From contig NC_042998.1 of assembly GCF_006345805.1 (NCBI RefSeq), positions 90,086,001 through 90,150,000 of the forward strand: a stretch of 64,000 bases of DNA. The letters are read 5' to 3'. The notes beneath the pieces are model-generated. The model worked only from the letters and a program-made list of their open reading frames with translations. It searched no databases and was not told where the DNA came from. Position numbers and translations under genes: made by a program. Source of the stretch: Octopus sinensis (lineage: Eukaryota). Below are positions 1 through 12,137 of this stretch, piece by piece. Numbering within the stretch: position 1 is the first letter of the stretch; each line of letters opens with the position of its first letter.

Positions 1-147
1 ACTCCACCTCCCCAAAAATGTTGGGCCTTGTACCAAGAGTAGAAAAGAATATTAGCCACATTAGAAACTAAAGCACAAAAAGAAATGTAAACTCTCGATT
101 CCCTTACATTTTATTCAGAAGAAAACTTTTAAAAATGGAAATATATA

Positions 148-395
148 GCCGTGTATTAGAAGTTTGCTTCCCAACCACATGGTTCTAGTTCAGGCTCAGT
201 ACCAAAGCCTTGTGAGAGGATTTGGTAGACGGAAACCGAAAGAAGCCCGTCGTATAAGTATGTGTGTGTTTTGTGCTTGCATTTGTCATCCCCACCCCAC
301 CGCTTGACAATCGGTGATGATTTGTTCGACTAACTCCTTTAAGGTGGTGCCTCAACATGGCTGAAGTCCAATGACTGAAACAAGTAAAAGATAGA
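148..395 (+). mobile_element. tRNA-derived SINE (family A), degenerate and internally deleted
   Basis: Shares 'ttgcttcccaaccacatggtt', 'aaagccttgtgag.ggatttggtagacggaaac.gaaagaagcccgtcgtat' and the tail 'aatgactgaaacaagtaaaag' with the copies at 3260 and 4957. Confidence 0.75.
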
Positions 396-867
396 TGAGT
401 CTTTCTTACTGCATTATAACCGTTTGGAAAAGTGAAGAAATTCCTATAAAAGACGGTTTTCAAACTAATTAAATTCGGTTGTGTTACATTAGTTTCTTAG
501 AATTTATGTTAATCAGATTATTATAATGACGGTAGTATGTATATCAAAAAAACCTGTTTCCTTGTTTAAGAACACATTTCCTGATTGAAATATATTCCGC
601 GACCCAGTTACCATCATGAGCTGCAGAATTTTCTCTTCGCTAAGGTTGTTAAGTAAGCCACTAACGACACACTAATGAATTCCCTTCTTCGCAATAAAAC
701 TCAAGCCTTTTTAATTAATGTAATCATCTAGTTGGTTGTAACATCAACACTGTGAGTGATTGTTCTCTTTAACAGACATATAAGAAAATCTTGGTTCGAA
801 AGGCAGGGTAAGACGTGATCATTTAAGCTCTCTTTCAATTTAGTCAATTGATATAACTATATCGTAT

Positions 868-946
868 AGGCGCAGGAGTGGCTATGTACGCGCAAGAGTG
901 GCTGTGTACGCGCAGAAGTGGCTGTGTGGTAAGAAGATTGCTTCCC
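868..946 (+). mobile_element. SINE A 5' head with a triplicated 20-bp start, interrupted by an insertion; it resumes at 2238-2280
   Basis: Three near-copies of 'gcgcaggagtggctgtgt' then 'ggtaagaagattgcttccc'; the SINE continues as 'aactacatagtcccggttc' after 2253. Confidence 0.8.
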
Positions 947-2237
947 GAGGAGCTGGTAAGGGCGGTCATAAAGATGGACGGAGTGCTGGAGAAGACAAGG
1001 AGTTTTACTGAGGCCACGGAGATGAAGCGAAGGGAGTTGGACTTGGGTGGTCTGAAGGAGTATGAGAAGATGGTACAGAAGGTGGGCGGCGACATGAGGT
1101 TGTTACCCCCCGCCAAAGGAATGATGGAGCGGATGGAGAGAAATACGATCACCTATAAGGTGTTCTCGTTAAAAGAAAAAAAGGCCGAGCAGGTGGAAGC
1201 TGAAATGGAAAACGTACAAAGGGAGCGGTCAAAGAAAATAACATACATAACTAAAGAAAGGAGATATGGGACAATGGTCATCCAGTTTAGGACAGTAGAG
1301 GAGGCGAGGAGGCTGGTGAGTGTAGCAGTGAAAACAGAGGAAGTAGTACTTCTGCCCACATACCTTGGAAGAAAGACATCCAAGGTAAGGGTAGAAGCAA
1401 TCCTACCTGATATAGAAGTGGCTTGGGCGGTGGCGTCTGTCCTTGTTAGAAGTGAGGATAAAGTGGCTGTCCTTCAAGCCACAGAAACGGAAGAAGGAGG
1501 ATGGAAAGGGAAGACACTAGAACTAATTATACAGATGGAGGAGGGACAACTGGAGAGTTTGGCAGAGACGGTGACGTTGGGGGAAATTGTGCTGAGAGTA
1601 AGGTAGAGGGCAGGGTACCAAGTTGTTTTAAATGTGGCCAAAAGGGCCACGTTAGAGCATACTGCCCTCTACAGAGGACAATAGCTGAGGAAACAGTTGT
1701 GGAGACGGAAGAGAAAAGAGATGAAGAAAAGACAGACGGAGGAAAGGAGAAAAAGGGGGAAGAATGGAGAGTAACGGAGAGTAGAAGGAAGGAGAGAAAA
1801 AAGAAAGAACACTGAGTGTGATGTGGTACTCCAGTCCAACTCCATCCCACCCAAGACCACTGAGACCCACCCTCTCCATTCACCCACCCCATTTCCCCAC
1901 AGGAAAAAAAGAGCAGACACCTCAGAATTTAGAAGACCCTCCCCCGGTGAAAAAGGTTACGAGAAAGTGCAGTCATGGAGCGATAGCGGAACTGGAACAT
2001 TAGGACTCAGAGGCGGCGAGTGGTGTTGCTCTGTGCGGGGTGAGTAGCACACTCTTCATATTTTCATTTTCAACTGTCATGCATGTTATCATAATTTTAA
2101 TTTGTTTTTCATGTTCATTTTCATGTGTCATTCATAATATCATATTTTATATTTATATATTTTTAACTGTTATATGTCCCCACATGTGTTGTAGTGTCCC
2201 CTCTATGTAATGCCTTTATGGAAAAAATATTGAAATA
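947..2237 (+). mobile_element. Non-autonomous L1/Tx1-like retroelement encoding only ORF1 (gag-like, CCHC knuckle), with a 16-bp TSD
   Basis: Direct repeat aagaagattgcttccc at 931-946 and 2238-2253. Purine-rich ORF, T-rich 3' UTR ending in aataaa, no RT. Confidence 0.75.
974..1815 (+). pseudogene. ORF1/gag-like nucleic-acid-binding protein with a CX2CX4HX4C zinc knuckle and one frameshift near 1600
   Basis: ORF 878-1606 (MDGVLEKTRSF...VLRV) joins by a 1-nt frameshift to KVEGRVPSCFKCGQKGHVRAYCP (knuckle at 1624-1665), followed by a K/E/R-rich tail. Confidence 0.75.
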
Positions 2238-2489
2238 AAGAAGATTGCTTCCCAACTACATAGTCCCGGTTCCAGCATAGAGGGAGACTTAACTCCTGTG
2301 GAATCATAGGACTACCATCGTTTGGGGCATTTTAAGCCTGGCGTAGCTCTCCCTCTTTAAGTCAGTACACGGAAACACAATGTGAGAATGAAAGATAGAT
2401 AAATAGAGAGAGGGGGAGAGAGAGTAAGACAGAGACATTCAGGCAGACAGAGACAGAGAAAAAGGAAGACTTGAACACAGTATTAAACT

Positions 2490-2615
2490 GGCATTTTTTT
2501 TATTTGTCGACCTTGAAAAGATAAAAGAGAAAGTTAACCTCGACAGAATTTGAACCCTGAGTTCAGAGCCGAAATAAATACCAGAATGTTTCTCTCACAA
2601 TTCTTGCCGACCCGA
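2490..2615 (-). mobile_element. SINE family B (Meta/MESC-domain-like), degenerate
   Basis: Reverse complement of the 'ttcaaattc..cgaggt..actt..cttt.atc.ttt...ggtcga.aaataa' core. Confidence 0.6.
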
Positions 2616-2639
2616 TACCTTATATAGCATAGAACACGA

Positions 2640-2652
2640 AACACACACACAG

Positions 2653-2743
<91 letters not shown>

Positions 2744-2750
2744 AACACAC
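2640..2750. repeat. (CA)n microsatellite
   Basis: About 50 CA units. Confidence 0.95.
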
Positions 2751-2907
2751 AGAGAAATGTCTGTTGAATTGCACACTGCATCTTTAATAGGTTTCATAAC
2801 AGAAATAACATGACTTCTGCCAGTGAAAGCTTATGTAGGTGGCATACGCACAAACCGGTATAATGATCTTCAAGATATTTTGTTACCAATACTCACTTCC
2901 TTCAAGA

Positions 2908-3110
2908 TGGCGAGCTGGCAGAATCGATAAGCACGCCGGGCAAAATGCTTAGAGGCATTTCGTTCGCCTTGAAGTTCACATTGCGCCGAGGTCAACTTTG
3001 CTTTTAATCTTTTCAGGGTCAATAAAATGAGCTGGAAAAATGGGGTCGATTCAATCAACTTACCTCTTCTTTCAAATAGCTAACCAATTTTGTGCCAAAA
3101 TTTGAAACCA
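2908..3110 (+). mobile_element. SINE family B
   Basis: Head 'ggcgagctggcagaatcg..agcacgccgggcaaaatgcttag', core 'gaggtcaactttgcctttt', tail 'gtgccaaaatttgaaacca'. Confidence 0.8.
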
Positions 3111-3259
3111 GTTTTCACTTTCTTCAGTGAACGATCGACAATACAATGGTAGCATAAAGCCAATCTTTTCCCGAATGACAAGAATTCGTATGGCTAGTGT
3201 TTTACTCACGTTTACTTAGGGTTATCCGACTGTTAGCTTTCCCGAGAAGGAAATCGTTT

Positions 3260-3675
3260 AGTGGCTGTGTGGTAAGTAGCTTGCTTACCAACCACATGCT
3301 TCCGGGTTCAGTCCCACTGAGTGACATCTTGGGCAAGTGTCTTCTACAATAGCCTCGGGATGACAAAAGCCTTCTGAGTGGATTTGGTAGACGGAAACTG
3401 AAAGCTTGTCGTACATATACATGTATATGTATATATCTGTGTGTATGTCTTTGTGTCTGTGTTTGCCTCCTCCACCACCTCCATCACCGTTTGACAATCG
3501 GTGCCGGTGTGTTTACGTCTCCATAACATAGCGATTCGGCAAAAGAGACCGATAGAATAAGTACCAGGCTTACTAACAATGATAAGTCCTGGGGACGATT
3601 TGCTCGACTAAAACCCTCGAAGGCGGTGCTCCAGCATGGCCGCTGTAAAATGACTGAGACAAGTAAAAAATAAAA

Positions 3676-3678
<3 letters not shown>
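3260..3678 (+). mobile_element. SINE family A, near full length
   Basis: tRNA-like head 'gtggctgtgtggtaagtagc...ggttcagtcccact', CORE-like 'cttgggcaagtgtcttct', tail 'ggcggtgctccagcatggccgc...gactgagacaagtaaaa'. Confidence 0.85.
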
Positions 3679-3744
<66 letters not shown>

Positions 3745-4441
3745 TATAATATATATATATACACACACACTTATACATGCGCATACATTCAGAGAGTGAG
3801 AAGGAGAGAGAGAGAAAGAGAATGTACAAGACGACTAGGGAAAGACATATACGCACACAAATACAAATAGGTACTCAACATCCTCCCACGTAAGCACGCA
3901 CCCACATATAGACATACACAGAGTAGTGTCTACAAAACGTTGACCGTGTGTGAGAGTTTGATGAAAAATAAAACGTAGAAGTCGTTTCAGGCATATTTAC
4001 TGTCTAGCGAAAATAAAAAGCACTGATCGCAACACGGTTCCTCAGTGTGATAAACAGATTGCTTCGGTATGCGATCATTAATTTTAGATTCTGAAAATTA
4101 TTCGTAGACTTTATGCCGTCGTTATCGTCGTCATGTTGACGTACAGAAAGTTTTGGACGAACAGAAACTGTCGTTATCGTATCATGGCTGGAACGTCGCG
4201 CACTTCCGAATGAAATTGCTTCATATGTCTATTTCTTCACGCACCCACGAATGCGTATGCGCATACACACATGAAATATACACACATATACTTACACATA
4301 TATAGGTATATACATTATACATGCGTATTATTTATTTGTATGCTTGCAAGTCAGTGAGAAGAATAAATATATCAATATATGTGCATGTATGGCTCTGTGT
4401 GTGCGTGTATGAGTGTACTTATGTATGCATATGTACAAATG

Positions 4442-4508
<67 letters not shown>

Positions 4509-4509
4509 C

Positions 4510-4934
4510 CAGGGTACAATATGTACCTATTTGTTTGGAAGAGGAGTTAAAACCCTCCAAAACCACGAATCTCACACTACATGTAAACACGCACGGAGAA
4601 TATAGCAAATATATTTCTCCAAAACAGTCCTCCCACTTGCAAAATACAAATAGGCTCATAGACATCCTAGTATTAACTAATTTCACTTTCTGTGTCGAAC
4701 CAACTCTTAAAACTCATCCGCTAGGCTTAGTACATAAACTATATCAAAATCATATTTATCTTCTCGTGCGCGTTGTTCAGCTGAAGGCCCCGCGACTTCC
4801 AAACGAACATTAGTGAGCAAGTATAAATTTAAAATTCAAATAAGTTATCATTATCTATAAAAATAATGATAAAGTGGCCAACAAACATAATCCAAATATG
4901 CAAAATATATAATAAAAAATCAGGGTACAATATG
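4510..4934 (-). mobile_element. ~425-bp insertion bounded by a 14-bp direct repeat, containing a decayed hammerhead-like motif (possible solo Penelope pLTR or retrozyme monomer)
   Basis: cagggtacaatatg at 4510-4523 and 4921-4934. Minus strand 4725-4666 reads cctag CGGATGA ... GAAA ttagttaa TA ctagg. Confidence 0.4.
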
Positions 4935-4956
4935 CATCAGTTTTCATATATATATT

Positions 4957-5178
4957 ACTCTTTACTCTTTTACTTGTTTCAGTCATTTGACAGCGGCCAT
5001 GCTGGAGTACCGCCTTTAATCGAGAAAATCGACCCCGGGACTTATTCTTTTGTAAGCCCAGTACTTATTCTATCGGTCTCTTTTGCCGAACCGCTAAGTG
5101 ACGGGGACATAAACACACCAGCATCGGTTGTCAAGCAATGCTTGGGGGACAAACACAGACACACAAACACATACACGC

Positions 5179-5209
<31 letters not shown>

Positions 5210-5385
5210 ATATATATACATATATACGACGGGCTTCTTTCAGTTTCCGTCTACCAAATCCACTCACAAGGCTTTGGTCGGCCCGAGGCTATAGTAGAAG
5301 ACACTTGCCCAAGGTGCCACGCAGTGGGACTGAACCCGGAACCATGTGGTTGGTAAACAAGCTACTTACCATACAGCCACTCCTA
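4957..5385 (-). mobile_element. SINE family A, full length
   Basis: Reverse complement of the 3260-3678 element, from tail 'tttacttgtttcagtcatttgac' to head 'cttaccatacagccactccta'. Confidence 0.88.
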
Positions 5386-6152
5386 TCTTTTATTCTTTTG
5401 TTTCAGTCATTTGACTGCGGTCATGCTGGAGCACCGCCCGAAGCTATAGTAGAAGACACTTGTACAAGGTGTCACGCAGTGGGACTGGACCTGGAACCAT
5501 GTGGTTGGTAAACAAGCTACTTACCATACAGCCACTCCTATCTTTTATTCTTTTGTTTCAGTCATTTGACTGCGGTCATGCTGGAGCACCGCCCGAAGCT
5601 ATAGTAGAGACACTTGTACAAGTGTCACGCAGTGGGACTGGACCTGAACCATGTGGTTGGTAAACAAGCTACTTACCATACAGCCACTCCTATCTTTTAT
5701 TCTTTTGTTTCAGTCATTTGACTGCGGTCATGCTGGAGCACCGCCCGAAGCTATAGTAGAAGACACTTGTACAAGGTGTCACGCAGTGGGACTGGACCTG
5801 GAACCATGTGGTTGGTAAACAAGCTACTTACCATACAGCCACTCCTATCTTTTATTCTTTTGTTTCAGTCATTTGACTGCGGTCATGCTGGAGCACCGCC
5901 CGAAGCTATAGTAGAAGACACTTGTACAAGGTGTCACGCAGTGGGACTGGACCTGGAACCATGTGGTTGGTAAACAAGCTACTTACCATACAGCCACTCC
6001 TATCTTTTATTCTTTTGTTTCAGTCATTTGACTGCGGTCATGCTGGAGCACCGCCCGAAGCTATAGTAGAAGACACTTGTACAAGGTGTCACGCAGTGGG
6101 ACTGGACCTGGAACCATGTGGTTGGGAAGCAAACTTCTTACCATACAGCCAC
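5386..6152 (-). repeat. Five ~155-bp tandem units of an internally deleted SINE A (tail fused to head)
   Basis: Units start at 5386, 5541, 5693, 5848 and 6003 and are nearly identical. Confidence 0.92.
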
Positions 6153-6245
6153 ACACACACAAACACACATACACATATTTATATATGTATGTATATACAT
6201 AAATATATACATTCATACATGCATGTATAAATACAGCTATATATG

Positions 6246-6283
<38 letters not shown>

Positions 6284-7965
6284 CAGACAGAGAGAGACAG
6301 AGAGAGAGAGAGAAAGAGAGGAGAAAGTGAGACAGATAGACAGACAAACGAAAGAACAAACAGGCAGAGACAGAGATAATATAGATAGATAAATAAGCAA
6401 CAGCATCCTTCACATTCTTCCAGATATAAAAGAATAATAAATAGAGATAGCCTTCATTGATGGAAAACGACTGAGAGCTGGTGTGTTTTATATTCCTAAA
6501 CAGTAATAAACAGCTCTTAAATACACTATTCCTTGTCATAGGATGTCCTCGACATTAAGGAGAATGCCTCTAGCTATATCAACTGTACAGCGACTCTAGG
6601 CATAACATATCCTTTGGGAATATTTTTTCATCTGAAAATTTCGCAAGTTTCCAGACACAAATTTGGGAGAAGGAAGTAACACATTCTTATATTGGCTCGA
6701 GATGATATATATTTTATAGCAGAATAGAAGCCTCGTCAGTGTCAATGATGAGTATTCCGTCGTGCGACAAAGTACATTGCTGCATATGAAATCAATATGT
6801 AAGTAGCTGAATAATAAACAGACACGGATACTCTCAGTTTTCATGCCAAATCAACTTGACATAAAGAATTATAGGTAGAATACAGAAAGAGAAAAACAGA
6901 GAAAAAGAAAGCTACAGAAAGCAAGAAGAAGAAGAAGAAGAAGAAGAGTAATCAAACCCCATACTAGGTTTGACCCCTAACCCCGAAATGATAACAAGCA
7001 AAGTTGCCCGCGACAGGATCTGAATTTGAAGTGCAGAAAACCGGCAAGAATCAACAAAGTTCGTACACACTGCACATTGTTGCAAGTGGAATTCGATTGT
7101 TATATCTTTGAGCCTATAAAACTATTTTTAACGAGCTGGAACCTGCTGAAATGTTTGCAAATGTGCAGCTTGACAGAGAAATTGGGTGCTTATTTCGTAT
7201 ACTTTTCATAGTCTTCGAACATTTTGACCATACTTGGCTCGATCAATCAGTACAGGCTAACTTGTTATGGTTGGTAAACTTTAAAGCATGTATGCACCTC
7301 CTCCTACCCAATAACTTTTTGACAGATTCTGGAAGATTTGGTTTACGGTTATAAAATGTTTCTGAATTCTACTTCAGACGTCCAGAGGTAACTATGACAC
7401 TTTTCTCAGTGAATTGGTCTCTTACCCAGTTTCTCTTTTTCTTATTCATCATGCTTATGTCATATCCAACAAAAGATAGCAACTTTGAATAGTAGGGTGG
7501 AATCACGTGAAGTGATTATGTGCAATAGTTTTAATTTCTATTAATTTCGTCTTCAGTAACTATAAACTTCTTTTATAATATTATCTATCGTATATTACAG
7601 CAGATTCATAACTATTATGTTCCTTGTTTCATGAATAATGTTTCATTAAATTAACTTATATGTACACTTGTAAATATAAACTATGTGGGTTACCATGCAG
7701 CCTACCTGATATTGTGAACTACCTTCTTAGACTTTGTAACTAAACACAACACTAAAGTCTTTTTCATCATAATATAGATCCCTTATTTTTTCTTTACTTC
7801 TTCAGGAACCGCATAAAGGCCTGTTTTTATGAATGTATTCATACTTTTGACCAAGATTGAAAATAATTAAATTTTATTATAAAGTGAAAAGAGAAAACTA
7901 TTTAAATATTAAAGACACTAAGACTCATTCATCTAGTTTCTGATTAGTTTAATTTCCAATCAGTT

Positions 7966-8110
7966 TCGTGAGGTTGTGGGTTCGATTCTCGGACTGGGCT
8001 GCGTGTTGTGTTCTTGAGCAAGACACTTTCCCTTGGATAACACTGGTGGCGTGGAGAGGAGAGGCTGGTATGTATGGGTTACTGCTGGTCTTCCATAAAT
8101 CTCTTGACTA
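7966..8110 (+). mobile_element. tRNA-derived SINE family C, partial/deleted copy
   Basis: Matches 8841-9166 ('ggttcgattctc..actgggctgcgtgttgtgttcttgagcaagacacttt', 'gagaggagaggctggtatgtatggg'). Confidence 0.75.
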
Positions 8111-8840
8111 GATTTAACAAGGTGCAAATATATATATATATAGGAATGGGGTACCCAAAGACAGTTAGAAACTAGATTGATTAAAATGTGATATAAAGCA
8201 TTTAAAAAGACTCTCGAAATAATGAGCCTAATAATCTAGATATTTAAGACGATTATCTTAACTCACCAAAGAAATTATCATGTACAACAGAAAGTTTGTT
8301 TATTTTCGCAACTCACAGTTTTTATCTACTCTTTACATAATGTTTTCCAATAGAAGAAACTAACCTTGATGTTCATAGATAATTTATGTAAAAATAAAAT
8401 TGAAAAAAACTGTTAAATTCTCGTATATTTATACTTCTGCTTCCGTTCAGTCATGTCAACACGGACAGCGCCTAGGCTATTTGTAGGTTTAACCAGTTAA
8501 AACTTCCGTCTCCAACAAAGCAAAAGATAGACCTCATTAGACGAAACGAAATTTCGGCCAAGGACGCTTTAAATAAAAGGTTGTATTTTTCTTAACAGAC
8601 GCAAGACAAAAGGCGTGTAGCGACTTTCAGTAAATTACTTTGAAAGTGAATGTAATCTCTTAACTGACTACCTTATAAGGAAGTGTTCAGTTCAGGAAAC
8701 ATTAAATTATAAATAAATGGCTGGTTAAATAAAACCTATTTTAGACATCATTAAAACAGGATGCAGAGAGGCCATTAAAAACTGCGAAACATGTGCGCGC
8801 GTATATGTATATAAATACATACACACATACATGTATACGT

Positions 8841-9166
8841 AGGCGCATGGTTAGTGGTTAAAGCGTCGAGCTTACGATCATGAGGTTGTGTGTTCGATTC
8901 TCAGACCGGGCTGCGTGTTGTGTTCTTGAGCAAGACACTTTATTTCACATTGCTCCAGTTCACTCACCTGTAGAAATGAGTCGCGACGTGCCAAGCTGTA
9001 TCGGTCTTCGCCTTTCCCTTGGATAACGCTGGTGGTGTGGAGAGGAGAGGCTGGTATGTATGGGCGACTGCTGGTCTTCCATAAAACAACCTTGCCCTGA
9101 CTTGTGCCTCGGAGGGTAACTTTCTAGGTGCAATCCCATGGTCATTCATGATCGAAGGGGGTCACC
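8841..9166 (+). mobile_element. tRNA-derived SINE family C, full length
   Basis: A box 'tggttagtgg', B box 'gttcgattc', then CORE-like 'gtgttcttgagcaagacacttt...ctgtagaaatgag'. Confidence 0.8.
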
Positions 9167-9440
9167 CATAAGAAATAATTAAGAATGAGTTGAATTAGGT
9201 ACGTAAGTTGAGGCACTAAGTCAATCTGGAATTATCCGCACAGCTCGAAGTAAGGTGAATAAGTAACAAGGATGTCGAGGTATTAGTGTATTATGGCTGT
9301 TTCAGGCGACTCCATTTAATCGATTAATGCAAGCATTACATCAATTTGAAATACACCGCCTTCCTCGGATGCATAAGACCATGTAGGTTTTCAATATACA
9401 GGATACTCCGTTATCATTTTTTAGCACATTTTTCATCGGT

Positions 9441-9578
9441 ACTAGAGAATAAAAGAATTACATCCCTGTTGCTATTATTGTAGCAGAATGAATTTAATTC
9501 TGCTACAACTAGAGAATAAAAGAACTGCATGCCTGTTGTCATTATTGTAGTATAATGAACTTAATTCTGTTACAACCA
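9441..9578. repeat. Two 67-bp tandem units, each with a hairpin
   Basis: 'actagagaataaaagaa' at 9441 and 9508. Unit 1 has the perfect 12-bp inverted repeat ttgtagcagaat/attctgctacaa. Confidence 0.75.
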
Positions 9579-10117
9579 TAATTTGCAGTAGCAGAACAGA
9601 ATAACAAGGAAGTGTCACGAGATGGTAATATAGCTACATTTATCTATCTCCTTATCAGCTAGTATACTACGTCCACTAAGAATTAAAACCACTAGAAATT
9701 GACAGTTAAGTTCTAGCTATTGATGATAAATTAATTAATGTCAGATGCCCTTCCAAACCCCTAATTTACTACGGCTATAAATTCACTATGACTACATAAA
9801 GAAACAAATCTCACATGTCAGCAAGATGGTGGTATATGCCCAGAAAGAGGGGGATAGGGGTGACATAAACTAATTATTATTATCTGTTAAAAGCGGCCTA
9901 AAATAGAAAACAAAGGAGGTCACAATGAGATCGAAATGGGCATTAAGGGTACAGGGGGGAAAATATATATCCAAAATTTAGCAAAATTTATATATTATTA
10001 TATTTTGTATAATAATTAATAAAATTTTAAAATTTAGAGGAAGGATGTATAAACCAATTTAAGCCCTAAAAAAGTAGAGTACCTTTATATAAAATACAAG
10101 CCTCATAATATTTCATC

Positions 10118-11439
10118 CTAGCAAGCTGTTCCGATGGCCGGACCACTTCTACGAGCTACTCAATCACCTGCCTCCATCTACGACAACCGACGTGCAGCCA
10201 CCTGGAGGAGAGTACGGGTGCAACACTGCTCCTCCAACGGTCGAGGAGGTGTGCGGTATCCTGAAAAATATCTGGACCAACAAGGCCCCAGGTGAGGACG
10301 GTGTCCCAACTGAGATCTACAAGGCCGAGCCTGATGTCTTCGCAGCCTGGCTCCATTGTGTCTTCTGTGCTGTGTGGACGACGGAGCGTTTTCCTGATGA
10401 CTGGAGCGAAGCAACTCTTTTACCTTTCTTCAAAAATTGTGATAGAAAACTGTGTTCCAACTATAGGGCCATCAACTTGATCGATGTGGCTGCCAAAACC
10501 TTTGCAAGCCTTCTTCTAAAGAGGTTCAACGCTATCTGTGATGTCCGCACACGTCCCTCTCAGGGCGGCTTCCGTCCCGGGAGAGGGTGCGTTGATTAAA
10601 TATTCAGTCTCCGGCGAGTCCTGGAACAGCGAGGGGTGCACCAACAACCTACTGTTCTCTGCTTCATCGATTTTGCGATTGCCTTCGACTCGGTGGATCG
10701 GGAGGCCCTCTGGCGTATTATGCAGGCGGACGGTATCCCTGTGAAGCTGCTAAACCTCATACAGGGTTACTATCGTTCAACGAGGGCTCGTGTGAGGGGA
10801 GGGTCTATTGCGGGGAGACGGAGTCGTTTGATGTCACTACCGGTGTTCGACAGGGTTGTGCGCTCTCACCAACCCTATTCAATTACGCCATCGATTACAT
10901 TCTCAACACTGCGCTTCGGGATTACCCGGGCGTAGAGGCTGGGAGAGGAGTCGTGGTGACGGACCTGGCCTATGCAGATGACATCACGCTCTTGGGCTCT
11001 AACCGGGAAAATACCCAAGATGCTCTCGAAAGGGTGCATGCGGCGACAGCAGCTGTCGGTCTTCGGATCAATGCTGGCAAAACCAAAGTGATGACGTCTC
11101 TGGTCGCAGCAGATGAATGGCAGCCAATCGCTCTCGAGGGCGTAGAGCTGGAGGATATAGAGTCCTTCGTCTACTTGGGTTCAACCGTGGTTCCAACAGG
11201 CCAGGGCGCAGCCGAGGTCGAACGTCGCATAGGTGTTGCCAGGTCCGCATTTGTGCGCCTCCAGCGGTGCCTGTGGGACAGAAGAGAGATCTCCTCGGTG
11301 ACCAAAGGGCGAATCTACCGGGCCGTCGTTCGTATTATCTTCCTCTATGGTTGTGAAACATGACCTATGAGGGTAGCCGATCAGCGAAGGCTGGAGGTGT
11401 TCGACAATGACTGTCTCCGCCGTATTCTTCTCTGCCGAC

Positions 11440-11441
<2 letters not shown>
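10118..11441 (+). pseudogene. RTE-clade LINE reverse transcriptase fragment, truncated at both ends, with stops and frameshifts
   Basis: Motifs KAPGEDG, CSNYRAINLIDVAAK, QGGFRPGRGCVD, CFIDF..AFDSVDR, LAYADD, GLRINAGKTK, FVYLGS, LYGCET. GC-rich relative to the flanks. Confidence 0.92.
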
Positions 11442-11479
<38 letters not shown>

Positions 11480-11483
<4 letters not shown>

Positions 11484-12137
11484 CATACGAGTGCGAGAGT
11501 TGGCTGTTAATTCAATCGAACATAAAGAAATCAAAAAGTAGTTAAAAAAAGCAATTAATAATTTTAAGAATAATTTTGAGTGTGCCTTTTTAAGGAGTTC
11601 TCAGTTGAAAATGGTGTCAAAAAATAGCTCAAAATGAGAGAATTATTTTGCAGACTGAATCGCCTCGAATCGAACGGGAAGTGCTCTTAATATCAATGAA
11701 AATATTCGTGAAAATGATCTCACTAAATTGTGTAAGCATTCACGTGTCAATTTTTGCGAGGTGAATTGTCTGTGTATGGCAGGTTTAGTAGCCTTCAACT
11801 AACACTATCTCCTCCGAGACCCTGCGGCGCAAGTTGACCAAAATTGAGATTATGATAGAAGGCTTGCTCTTCCTTCCGTAGAAGAAAAATTTCAAATTGG
11901 ATCATGTTAACGCCAAAAATTATTTATATAAAAAAGGTGCCTTTTTTCTATGAAATTCCCTACTTTTTACGATTTTTTGACTGCTGTGTCGCCATTTTTT
12001 GGTGTAATTCAACCAGAAAAAGGTTCACTTAAAGAGAATAACAAGCTACATAATGCAAAACTTTTACTTTTCAAAAATTTCACTTCTAAAGGGTCGAAAA
12101 GAAAACAAACCCGAGCAACGCCGAGCGATACTGCTAG
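11480..12137 (+). mobile_element. Non-autonomous Helitron 3' portion
   Basis: Ends with the GC-rich subterminal hairpin-like 'cccgagcaacgccgagcg' and CTAG|T (12134-12138). A very similar terminus is on the minus strand at 61951. Confidence 0.7.

Noticed and set aside
5386-6152. CRISPR-like regular repeats
   Set aside because: No unique spacers; the units are SINE-derived and the context is eukaryotic.
7536-7560. Minimal hammerhead-like CUGAAGA-c-GAAA-uuaa-UA on the minus strand
   Set aside because: No convincing stem I.
10118-11441. GC-rich island as bacterial contamination
   Set aside because: The motifs are those of a eukaryotic RTE LINE; horizontal transfer cannot be judged without a search.
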